A stretch of DNA of 64,000 nt from an uncultured virus (IMG/VR IMGVR_UViG_3300028454_001266) (lineage: Duplodnaviria > Heunggongvirae > Uroviricota > Caudoviricetes). Position numbers and translations under genes: made by a program. Below, piece by piece: positions 46,601-53,715 of the stretch. The notes beneath the pieces are model-generated. The model was not told the DNA's origin. It worked only from the letters and a program-made list of their open reading frames with translations, and searched no databases. Within the stretch, counting starts at the first letter, position 1; every line of letters starts with the position of its first letter. The DNA lies in IMG/VR virus record IMGVR_UViG_3300028454_001266; one strand, given 5' to 3'.

Positions 46601-49103
46601 CCCTGAGCAGGATCTTGCCGTTGGCGTCGGTGGTCTCGGTGATGATGGTGCTGGAATCGACCATGCGGATCGTGAAGGTCGCGCCTTCAACGGGCTTGCC
46701 CGTGATCGCGTCGGTCTTGATGATTTGGAGGTCAGGCTTCTTCTCATTGCTGACGACCAGCTCGCTCACCCTGCCTGGATACAGCTCGACATGGAACTCC
46801 GTATCGTTGAGGATGTAGCCGCTGGGCGCGGACATCTCTTGGACGGAGTACACGCCCGGTTCCAGGTCATCGATGCGGATGCGGCCGTTGGTGTCGGTCA
46901 CGCGATCCAGATAGTGAGTCCCGTCTTCAATCTTCGCGATCCTGAACGTTGCGCCGGAGAGGTACTTGCCCGTCTGCGGGTCGTACTTGACGATCTCAAC
47001 GCTCGGTTTGCGCGTGTTGGTGAACACAAAGACCGCCTGCTCGTTCGCCTCGATCTTGATTGTGCGGCTGGCGTCGTCGATGAGATACCCGTCCGGGGCC
47101 TGAAGCTCGGTCACGATGTAGCTGCCGGGCGTCAGATCCTTGAGGTCGATCTCGCCGCTCGCGTCCGTGTAGTACTCCTTGGAGAACGTGCCGCCGACTT
47201 CCTGGATACGGAACTTCGCGTTTGCCTGCGGCTGGTACGATACGGAATCGACCTTTTTCAGCCGGATTCCCGGCTTCTGGTCGTTCAGGAAAACAAGCTC
47301 CACAATGCCGTCTCCGGCTTCGAGCTTCACTTCCTGAGGCGTAGAGTTGACGATGTGCGAGGGATCGGTCGCAATCTCCTCAACGAGGTACACGCCCGGC
47401 TCCAGATCCGTGAGCACGATCTCACCCATTTGATCCGTCACGTACTCGCCAAGCAGCTGGGTGTCCCGAAAGATTCGGAACGTGACGTCGGGCATGGTGC
47501 GCATGGTCTGGAAATCGTACTTCACAATTCGGAGTCCCGGGCGCTCCCTGTTGATGAAGGTCACGGTGGAGCACTCGCCGGCAACGACGCTGACGTTCTT
47601 GATGCTGTCTGTGTCCACCACATAGCCGGGGATACCTGCGGTCTCGCGGACCTGCCACGCGCCGACGCTCAGCTCCGTGAACTCCACAACACCGCCGGGG
47701 CCGGTGCGCCCGGTGCGGGTCTCGCCCGTGGTGATGTTCCTGATCTCGATGGCGACACCCGCAAGGCCCTCGCCCATATCGCTGCGCTTGAGAACGCGCA
47801 GGGAGCCATACGGCTCGTTGGTTACGGTCAGAGTCGCGGTCTTGCCGTGCTCAACCGTGATGTTGTGGGTGTTCTCGGTCGGAAGCAGATGGTATGCGGG
47901 AGCGCTGACTTCCGTGACCGTGTAATTGCCAGTGATGACCAGCGGGATCGTGATCTTGCCGTTCGCGTCCGTGGTGTATCTGCCTACACGGTCGCCGTCA
48001 GGACTGAACACGTCAAAGACCGCGCCTTCGAGCGGGATGCGGGTGCCTTCCTCCAGCTTGATGATCTGGAGCTCGGTCTCGTCGGTGTGTTCCGAGGAGT
48101 ACCGGGCGATGGCGTTCGCGGTGATCGGGACATGGGGATCGGTATCCAGCATATAATCCTGGATATTGCCGTACTTGTCGGTCTCAAGGCTGCGCGCGTA
48201 ATAGATCTCATACTGGACGACAACGCTTCTCAGGTTGATCTGCGCGGTGCCGTCCTGACCCTCGGCGACCGAAGCCGGGAAGACCACTTTGAACTGGCCC
48301 TCATAGCCGGTGCCGGACGCCGCTGCGGTCGTGACGGTCAGGCTGCTGATCTCGTTGTTGTTCAGATCCATGATCTTCGTGCCTGCCGGAGCGCCTGCCG
48401 CGAGCTCGATGTGGATCGGCTCAATCGACCAGGTTTCGGTGTTCACCGTGAAGACCTGCTGATACGCCTGCTCACCGTTGATCGTGGTCAGGTACGCCTC
48501 GTCACGGTCGGGAACCGCCGTCAGCTTGGGGTTGACGAGCTTATCCCAGTACATGCCGCGCGTGTAGATGGCCTTGGTCGCTTCAAGCACACGCTCGGCA
48601 GCGGCTCTGTCGGCTCCCGAGAGGTTGGGGTTAATGCCGAGGCTCGAAACCGACCATGTGCCGAGCAGGTAGCACCAGAGCGCGGTTTTGGTCGCGTAAT
48701 ACGCCTCGTTCACATTGGCGACGCCGAGCGTGTTCATGTCAATGTGCGGATACCCATTCGCTATGATGCCCATGATCTTCGGGTCGGTGTTCTTGGAGTC
48801 CGCGCCGTACTTGATCGGTGTGCCTTCGGGTACGAGCACCGGCACGCCATACAAGCGCGGGTCCACGCAATACGCGGGGATCTCGGCGGTCTGGCCGGTC
48901 TGCGGGGACGTGTAATTGTAATAGGTATAGTGCTGGGTTTTGATCTGCCCGTTCATGGTCAGATACGACAGTTCCTCGCTTCTGGCGTACACATCGACGT
49001 CGCGCATGGCCTCTTCGAGCGAGGAGGCAGCGGATACGGGAACTGCGAACATGCTGATCATCATCGCAATCGTGAGCAGCATGGCGGTAATGCGTTTGTA
49101 CAT
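40638..49103 (-). CDS. Giant surface adhesin: thioester domain + >20 SpaA/Cna-B-type repeats, C-terminal LPKTG
   Basis: Signal peptide; AYCVDP and IQDYM thioester motifs; repeated KxD..TG.PL.GA.F...ExxAPxGY units; ends LPKTGY; start ATG 49103 with AAGGAGG. Confidence 0.92.
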   Translation of the reverse strand: MYKRITAMLLTIAMMISMFAVPVSAASSLEEAMRDVDVYARSEELSYLTMNGQIKTQHYTYYNYTSPQTGQTAEIPAYCVDPRLYGVPVLVPEGTPIKYGADSKNTDPKIMGIIANGYPHIDMNTLGVANVNEAYYATKTALWCYLLGTWSVSSLGINPNLSGADRAAAERVLEATKAIYTRGMYWDKLVNPKLTAVPDRDEAYLTTINGEQAYQQVFTVNTETWSIEPIHIELAAGAPAGTKIMDLNNNEISSLTVTTAAASGTGYEGQFKVVFPASVAEGQDGTAQINLRSVVVQYEIYYARSLETDKYGNIQDYMLDTDPHVPITANAIARYSSEHTDETELQIIKLEEGTRIPLEGAVFDVFSPDGDRVGRYTTDANGKITIPLVITGNYTVTEVSAPAYHLLPTENTHNITVEHGKTATLTVTNEPYGSLRVLKRSDMGEGLAGVAIEIRNITTGETRTGRTGPGGVVEFTELSVGAWQVRETAGIPGYVVDTDSIKNVSVVAGECSTVTFINRERPGLRIVKYDFQTMRTMPDVTFRIFRDTQLLGEYVTDQMGEIVLTDLEPGVYLVEEIATDPSHIVNSTPQEVKLEAGDGIVELVFLNDQKPGIRLKKVDSVSYQPQANAKFRIQEVGGTFSKEYYTDASGEIDLKDLTPGSYIVTELQAPDGYLIDDASRTIKIEANEQAVFVFTNTRKPSVEIVKYDPQTGKYLSGATFRIAKIEDGTHYLDRVTDTNGRIRIDDLEPGVYSVQEMSAPSGYILNDTEFHVELYPGRVSELVVSNEKKPDLQIIKTDAITGKPVEGATFTIRMVDSSTIITETTDANGKILLREMDPGVYEITEQSVPDGYLLDPIPQQITLFPNRLGIVQFQDYPKPSLTIKKIDSATGEPVEGALFRITYASNHTFTGELNLIGEYYTDADGFIKVDKLRDGWYRVEELEAPAGYRIKDSGIQECYIAAGRDKVLTFENIPLSTILIRKMDEETGEPLAGAWFRMKYLNDMTSMDGTTIGEWPTDDKGQIEVTGLDEGTYVIDEISAPAGYVLNAANSRTVYLSGEAQDFVTVTYGNQKMGSLLIVKKDALTGAPLSGVEFFVTDSDGTVIGNANGKFTTDFAGSVLINNLKPGSTVVVRESRTISGYVLDDTPQTIKIRANETVTLEFRDKPKGTLIVQKIDSATGEPLTGAQFRIVAANGELTADNEGLTSSNGLYTVDRTGQIVLEKLTPGTYIVTETAAPDGYILDPQPQTVVVNAGDTQALTFANTPKGAIVIQKFVTGTTEPIAGVKFLVTDSTGAAVGNANGVFITDRDGRIVIPDLAPGTTITARETETVSGFILDSTPQSAVVKEGEAQAIIFYNAPKGGLIIRKLDAVTGMPLGGAEFKVTTIDGTYVDDREGQLSTKGLYQTDYYGEIWLENLEPDTYVVRETRAPDGYVLGGEEQTVKVNADDVQTLTFYNVPKQTVVIQKYIEGTTKPLAGATFLVTDGAGTPVGSANGEHITDKNGRIVLTGLVPGTTLVVREIKSVKGYELDGTPQVIVVGVNAGEQSSPDLHIIEACNLETSARLLDDSMINVGTGNSLVFYDDPLSTLIIHKYIDGTANEPLAGVAFKVTDGNGGAVGRNDGVWYTNAEGEIIITDLEQGTDITVREVKTVDGFVLDGTPKQVRIKSSEVHELTFWNKRQGALTIRKLDSVTQQPLEGVTFKVTTATGEFVPDKNGKISSNGLYKTDRAGEIVITGVTGTLVVTEVETIPGYMIHEESRSQTVVVNPDDTQVLTFYNDPTQTLTINKFVTGTTTPIEGVTFLVTSSDGQVVGISNGEFQTDRNGQIVISGLVPGTTITAKEVRTVSGYVLDTTPQSILIRQGAAQTLNFYNQRKGSLIIEKRDSVTGEALPGAEFLILTIDGQYVDDHEGATSTQGKYSTDDNGQIILTKLQPGTYVVRETKAPEGYILDSEEKSVKVNENDTQTLKFTNTPLQSVTIQKFIAGTTTGLAGVTFLVTDANGAPIGSTNGEHVTDSNGRIVITGLKPGMTIIAKEVRTVKGYILNGVPQTIVVGTGAASSGTAGSGNTLTFFDEPLSILIIQKFVEGTSTPIPGVRFLVTKSDGGAVGNTNGEYTTDANGRIEIKDLEPGITVTAKELRAADGYVLDSTPKSIEIKSGDVQELTFYNHPTGTLKIIKRDRATGAVLKGAEFEICYANGEFVGNLGGSVTSNGRYVTDERGEIVITGLQPSTIVIRELKAPDGYILDNAPVTVEVGAADTQTIEIFNDSTQTLTIQKFITDTTKPIAGVTFLITDSSGAVVGPNNGIYTTDANGRIVLTGLTPGTTITAKETKTAAGYVLDTTPQSILVKKGEAQTLTFYNSPEGGLEIIKVSAADKTRRLSGVTFEIRRMDDALVDTVTTGDNGRVHVNLDAGDYYALEIETVSGFKLDNTPHYFTIHDGENTTLTITNTPFSGIEIHKIDSVTGKGIYGAKFLLYDAEQHPVGEYVTDQNGYIYIDNLTRDGKYFIRELECEGYVIDKQIKTVMVKAGQVIQIEWANDPITGQIQVRKYAAEANEVTGTPAGAPLKGAVYEITHARSGKVVGHIVTDAHGIAASDPLPLGRYFVEEVSAPAYFRLSGQKMEAEIEYAGQIVKLSDYDKPASLGVTIKKVGNYEVQPGTSMRYDFSDIANTSNVALNNFYWHDRIPTDATNAMSLTTGTYNQRLYYRVMYKTNLSDYRVLAKNLLTTNNYTLALSASALGLAQGEYVTDFRFEFGTVASGFASSVKPTLTVMVKGDLADGYQIINRADVGGQYLNEWQTATTAWATVVRRYEPTTPLPKTGY

Positions 49104-49137
49104 GGATGTTCCTCCTTGATTTGTTCGTAGCATGACA

Positions 49138-49163
49138 AAAGGCACGCCCGAAAGCGTGCCTCT
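49138..49163 (-). terminator. Terminator-like hairpin just upstream of the adhesin RBS
   Basis: Minus strand AGGCACGC-tttcgg-GCGTGCCT-TTT. Confidence 0.55.
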
Positions 49164-49181
49164 GTCGGCTGGGTTGTTCAG

Positions 49182-49991
49182 TTACAGGGAAAGAATGATA
49201 TAGCGGACGTACATGAACCTGCCGTTATGGTAGCAGTCCCAGGCCTCAATGAAGTATCGGCTGTTGGGACAGCTGTGGACAAGATCCGTGATGTTGGTCT
49301 CATCCCACGGCCAGAACGCGGCTGCGTACATCTCCATGTCAGCGGGGATGCTGAAGGAGACCGTTGCGAGAGGCTTCCCGTCACGCCACGCGCTCGGTTC
49401 TCTGCCCAGCGCGTTGTAGAGTGTGTATTCCATGCGTCGGGTCTCCTTCATGTTCCGCACGAACAGGTCGTCGCCGGTCGCGGTCTTGAAATGGCGCTTC
49501 TCCATGCGCGGGAGCGTGAGCTTGGGGAACGCGCTCCAGTCGCACGTCGGTTCCGGGAGCTCGCCGACAGGCCCGGACGCGAAGACGTTGGTATCGTACC
49601 TCGACATGTCGATGATTTCGTACACGTACCCGTCATCGCAGATGATCCGGTCGCCGACATCCGGGACATTCTCCAGAATCTCCTGCGGCTGGCTCATGGC
49701 CTGCGTGGGAGCGGAGGCTGCCGTGTCATCGGCATACGGAGCGTCGGAGTCGATCTGGACGCTGCGGGTGGCCTCGTCCCAAGAGACGTTGAACCCGACT
49801 TCCTTGCCGATATCCCGGAGTTTCACATAGTTGCTGCCGGCAATCGTGTACGCCTCCATCTGCACCCGCTGGCCATCCACATAGATGGGCTGGGTGCTGC
49901 GATCAGCGATGACGCCGGCTGCCGCGATTGCGCCGGGAAGGAGCATCGCTCCTACCAGAACGCCGCTGGTAAAAGAGATAGTGCGCTTCAT
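49182..49991 (-). CDS. Secreted protein with copper-amine-oxidase-N/stalk-like domain
   Basis: Signal peptide; IYVDG...YTIAGSNYVKLRDIG...FNVSWD. Confidence 0.75.
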   Translation of the reverse strand: MKRTISFTSGVLVGAMLLPGAIAAAGVIADRSTQPIYVDGQRVQMEAYTIAGSNYVKLRDIGKEVGFNVSWDEATRSVQIDSDAPYADDTAASAPTQAMSQPQEILENVPDVGDRIICDDGYVYEIIDMSRYDTNVFASGPVGELPEPTCDWSAFPKLTLPRMEKRHFKTATGDDLFVRNMKETRRMEYTLYNALGREPSAWRDGKPLATVSFSIPADMEMYAAAFWPWDETNITDLVHSCPNSRYFIEAWDCYHNGRFMYVRYIILSL

Positions 49992-50053
49992 TGTTCATCA
50001 CCTCATCAAAAGAATTTCCAGCCCTTCTCCGAGGTGCGTTCGCTTGCGGTGTC

Positions 50054-50263
50054 CTACGACGCCGAGCTGCCCATGAGATCGTACATGCCGTGGAGGAAGA
50101 TCTCCTCGCGGCTATAGCCGCCCTTCTGCATGAGCTTGCGAAGCTGCTCGTTCTCGCACGGCGAGATGAAGAGCGCGATCTTGGTGTAGCCTGTGGCCGT
50201 GGACTTGGTGCGGTTTTCGCGGTTGCGGGGTTTGGTCATGGTTCTGTTCATGTTGTCCTCCAT
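50054..50263 (-). CDS. Small hypothetical (possible ribbon-helix-helix) protein
   Basis: 69-aa ORF between the sortase and the secreted protein. Confidence 0.45.
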   Translation of the reverse strand: MEDNMNRTMTKPRNRENRTKSTATGYTKIALFISPCENEQLRKLMQKGGYSREEIFLHGMYDLMGSSAS

Positions 50264-50264
50264 A

Positions 50265-52223
50265 TCAGTTGCACTCTACTGCCTGAACGCACAGGCGGAG
50301 TGTGGGCTGGTCAGCAATGCAGGTGATGAGGGTAATCCGGTTGTCGCCCATCTCGCTGAGCGGCGTGTAGTCGGTATACGTGATCGTACCCACATAATTC
50401 ACCTTGTAGGTCTTCGTGCCGAGGCAGGTCTTGTAAGTGACGGTATCGCCGATCCTGACGTCCTTGAGCTGAGCAAAGTACGCGCAGCCGCGGCCTCTGT
50501 TATGGCCGAACAGTGCGACATTGCCCTGCCAGTACGCGGAGCTCAGGAAATGCCCAGCACCCTTGGCCATGGACGCTGAGGTGGTGTCTTCGTACACTTT
50601 CGCGTGCAGGCCGACGCGCTCGATGGCGACTTCGCCGAGGCTGCCGTCTTTCTGGGTCAGGTCGGCTGCGGTGATGGTCTCCCGGTAGGTGATTGTCAGC
50701 GGCTGCGTGGTCTGGGACGTCTGGGTGCTGGGCTCATCACCGGGATAGCTCACGGTTCCGCCGCCCGCTGTGCCGTCCGAGAGTCCGTAATGCACGTTCG
50801 GATCAACATACGGGCTGTCGAGCGAGGTCTCCAGAAACTCCTGGGCGAGACCGTACTGGATCTCCGGGATGTCATAATCGCACTGGTTGCGGCCGCCGTA
50901 GTTGTATTGCGAGCCGTACTGGTCTTCGTAGTTCGTGCTGCCGTAGTAGTCGTCATCATCGTCATCGGAACCGCCGAAGGTGTAGTCGGTCGCATACGCG
51001 TTGACCGCGCAGGTGAATGCCAGACACAGAGCCAGGCACATCGCGGCCATCTGTTTCGCAGCGGGCATCCCGCCGTGGGGCGGCTGCGGCTGCACGGGCG
51101 CGGAGCCGAGATCCATTGTGAACCAGTACGGGCCGTTGACCGCGCCAACCGTGTGCGTGAGTGTCTTGCCATAGTAGAGGACGCTGATGTTCTTCCCAAA
51201 CAGGGATCTCGCGGTTCGCTCCTCCACCTCCACGGCGATCATGCCCTCGGGGACATTCCGAAGACGGTCGATACGCAGCTCGGGGCGTCTGACGCTGAGC
51301 GACAGCGTGCCGCACTTGTCGTACTCGTTGCCGTTGCCGGTCGCCTTGTAGACTGTAATATTCTTACGGGTGAGCAGGTAGAAGAACAACCCACCGAGAG
51401 CACTGAGCAGAATCAGCAGTCCGAAGACGAGCGGAAGCACGGATCTCTGGGGTTCCGGCTCCAGCTCGCGGACAACGGGTTCCGCCGCCGCGATCTTGGT
51501 GCCGAGGTAGGTGACAGTGTAGCGGATGCTGGAGATGCCGGAGGCAGTGACCGTGCCCCGGTACTCTGCCGTGGAGACATATCCGGTTGCTTTCGAGCCG
51601 TAGCCGGTGCCGGAATACGTTGCGACGGCGCAGTAGGTCGCCGGAACCAGGTCTTCACCGACAAGGACGGTGCTTTCGACTGCCCAGGTCACGTTGCTCA
51701 GGCTGAGCGTGCGCCCGTCCTTGACAACCGTGCGCTCGATGTAGCTGGAGTCGTTGCGGTCGAGGCCGGAGTAGTTCTTCGTGGCCGTGACGGTGTAGCT
51801 GTAGTTCGTGTAGCCTGCCGCCTCGGTCTTGATGGAGTTGTGATCCAGAGCGAGAACACCGGATGCGGTGCCGTCGCTGTAGTCGATGGTCGGCTCCAGC
51901 TGCGCGAGGATGTCTTCGAGGTTCTTGCTGCTGGTGGTGATCGTGACGACCTCCTTGTGCTCGGACTTGTCTTTGAAGGTCATCTCCTCCTTCACCATGC
52001 TGGAGTAGGAGTAGTGGTAGTCGTCAAAGTCAAAGTCCGGCTCCATCAGGGCGGAAGGGTCCTGATCCGGGAGCAGGGTGTAGACCTTGATCGCGAGCTG
52101 CTTGCCGTCGATGTTCTGATACGTCACGTTGTCAGGGACGTATGTGGCGGCGGCGAACGCGCTCATGCACAGGCCCATGATCAGGGCAAGCGTGAGCACG
52201 ATGGAGAGAAATGTTCTTTTCAT
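50265..52223 (-). CDS. Membrane protein fused to a class D-like sortase
   Basis: N-terminal signal, TM helix, internal second signal-like segment; sortase GAGH...GHN...TLITC...R. Confidence 0.85.
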   Translation of the reverse strand: MKRTFLSIVLTLALIMGLCMSAFAAATYVPDNVTYQNIDGKQLAIKVYTLLPDQDPSALMEPDFDFDDYHYSYSSMVKEEMTFKDKSEHKEVVTITTSSKNLEDILAQLEPTIDYSDGTASGVLALDHNSIKTEAAGYTNYSYTVTATKNYSGLDRNDSSYIERTVVKDGRTLSLSNVTWAVESTVLVGEDLVPATYCAVATYSGTGYGSKATGYVSTAEYRGTVTASGISSIRYTVTYLGTKIAAAEPVVRELEPEPQRSVLPLVFGLLILLSALGGLFFYLLTRKNITVYKATGNGNEYDKCGTLSLSVRRPELRIDRLRNVPEGMIAVEVEERTARSLFGKNISVLYYGKTLTHTVGAVNGPYWFTMDLGSAPVQPQPPHGGMPAAKQMAAMCLALCLAFTCAVNAYATDYTFGGSDDDDDDYYGSTNYEDQYGSQYNYGGRNQCDYDIPEIQYGLAQEFLETSLDSPYVDPNVHYGLSDGTAGGGTVSYPGDEPSTQTSQTTQPLTITYRETITAADLTQKDGSLGEVAIERVGLHAKVYEDTTSASMAKGAGHFLSSAYWQGNVALFGHNRGRGCAYFAQLKDVRIGDTVTYKTCLGTKTYKVNYVGTITYTDYTPLSEMGDNRITLITCIADQPTLRLCVQAVECN

Positions 52224-52260
52224 AGGTTGGTATTCCTTTCTAAATTGATGTGCGGACACA

Positions 52261-52695
52261 CTATGCGACCGGAGGAGGATCGACAGAGCCTGCAAGGATC
52301 TGGGCTCTGCCGTTCTTGTACTCCTCTATGCAGTCGCGGAGCACGTCCATGAGCATGTCGTGGGTCAGAAGCGCCGTCATCCAGAGGCATTGGCGATACA
52401 TATAGATCGACCTGGCTCCAGAGTCCGGCAGGATCGTGTGCCATCCCGTGAGGGATTCGGCGTTCAGGGCGTTTGCGGTTTCGTACATCGTGGATTCGTG
52501 CTGCTTGGAGAACAGGATCTTGTCCGCGACGATGACGGACATGATCGGGTATGTCCTGAGCATGGAGACAAGGACGACGCACTCAACGTCGTCGTCCTTG
52601 TGGAGCGCTACATACGTATCGCCCTTGTTCTCCACGATGTTCATGCACGCCCGGATCACATCACGACAATGCTGCTCGATGCTGATCTGAGCCAT
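52261..52695 (-). CDS. Hypothetical protein
   Basis: 144-aa ORF in the tra operon. Confidence 0.7.
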   Translation of the reverse strand: MAQISIEQHCRDVIRACMNIVENKGDTYVALHKDDDVECVVLVSMLRTYPIMSVIVADKILFSKQHESTMYETANALNAESLTGWHTILPDSGARSIYMYRQCLWMTALLTHDMLMDVLRDCIEEYKNGRAQILAGSVDPPPVA

Positions 52696-52701
52696 GATGA
52701 A

Positions 52702-53715
52702 TCACCTTATCCTTCCTCCACGCTTGATGATGCGGGTGACGGTGCCGAACGCCATGCCGTACTCCTCGTTCACACTGCGGACGTGGAAGCACACAGTATC
52801 GTTCTTGCAGGGCATCTCCCGCGTGCGGTAGGACATCGTTTTCGCGTTGGCACCTGCCTGCAAACGCAGGAAGATGGCGCGGTCACGGACACCCGTGACG
52901 ATGCCGAAGTAGTTGTTGCCGGGAACCAGCTTCCGCAGCGCCGGCAGGTCGGGGTTCTCACTGGCGGCCTTCGCGGAGAGTCGGACGGCATAGCTGCCGT
53001 CGTCGCGCTGCGAGACTGCCATGACCCGAGCCACGATCAGGTCGCCGGGCGCGTACAGATCCAGGACGTCGGAGAACCACTGCCAGCTGAGGTCGGAAGA
53101 CGGGATGATCGAGTCCACGCCAAGCGCCTCGACGGTGACGCGGTTGTTGCCGACGCCGATCACGCGACAGGTGATCAGGATGCCTTCCTTCACGCGGCCG
53201 CTGGCATAGTAGCGTGCCTGACGCTGCTTCAGAGCTTCGCGGCGGCTGGCAACGGCTGCGCGTTCGCGCATGTCCACGCCTGCCGGGACGAACTCGACCG
53301 TGGAACCGAGCATCCGGCTGAGTCGGATGCGGTAGACCTCGGGCGTCGGCTCGCCTGCGGGCCAGTCGTCCATGAACATCTCATGGCCGGGGATCAGGAC
53401 ACGGATGCCCTCATAGTCCACAACGCACACGGGCGAGGGACTTTCGAGGTCAATCGTGCCGCTGACGGTGCCGGGGAGTACGGCGTGCCGATGCAGGGCA
53501 CCGGCGAGGAAGTTCCACTTGACGTCCTCGCTGTCTTCGAGCTTGACGCCGCGCTCCTGATCGTTCAGGGCGAGGATGTCTTCGGTGGAACGGGTGGGCG
53601 GCTTGCGCTGGGCCGTGTCGGGTGCGGGAACAACCTCAGTGGTCGGTTGCTCCGGGGCGGTCTCGGGAAGCGTTTCCTTTGCCGCTTCCGCGTTTACGCT
53701 TTTTTTCTTGGGCAT
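52702..53715 (-). CDS. S1 RNA-binding domain (multi-OB-fold) protein
   Basis: ASRREAL, VKEG...CRVIGV...GVDSIIPSSDLSW...PGD.I.ARV...LSAK S1-type repeats. Confidence 0.75.
   Translation of the reverse strand: MPKKKSVNAEAAKETLPETAPEQPTTEVVPAPDTAQRKPPTRSTEDILALNDQERGVKLEDSEDVKWNFLAGALHRHAVLPGTVSGTIDLESPSPVCVVDYEGIRVLIPGHEMFMDDWPAGEPTPEVYRIRLSRMLGSTVEFVPAGVDMRERAAVASRREALKQRQARYYASGRVKEGILITCRVIGVGNNRVTVEALGVDSIIPSSDLSWQWFSDVLDLYAPGDLIVARVMAVSQRDDGSYAVRLSAKAASENPDLPALRKLVPGNNYFGIVTGVRDRAIFLRLQAGANAKTMSYRTREMPCKNDTVCFHVRSVNEEYGMAFGTVTRIIKRGGRIR

Noticed and set aside
40632..49130. Very long plus-strand ORFs (1246 aa and 1559 aa)
   Set aside because: Antisense shadows of the GC3-biased adhesin gene; no RBS or recognisable motifs
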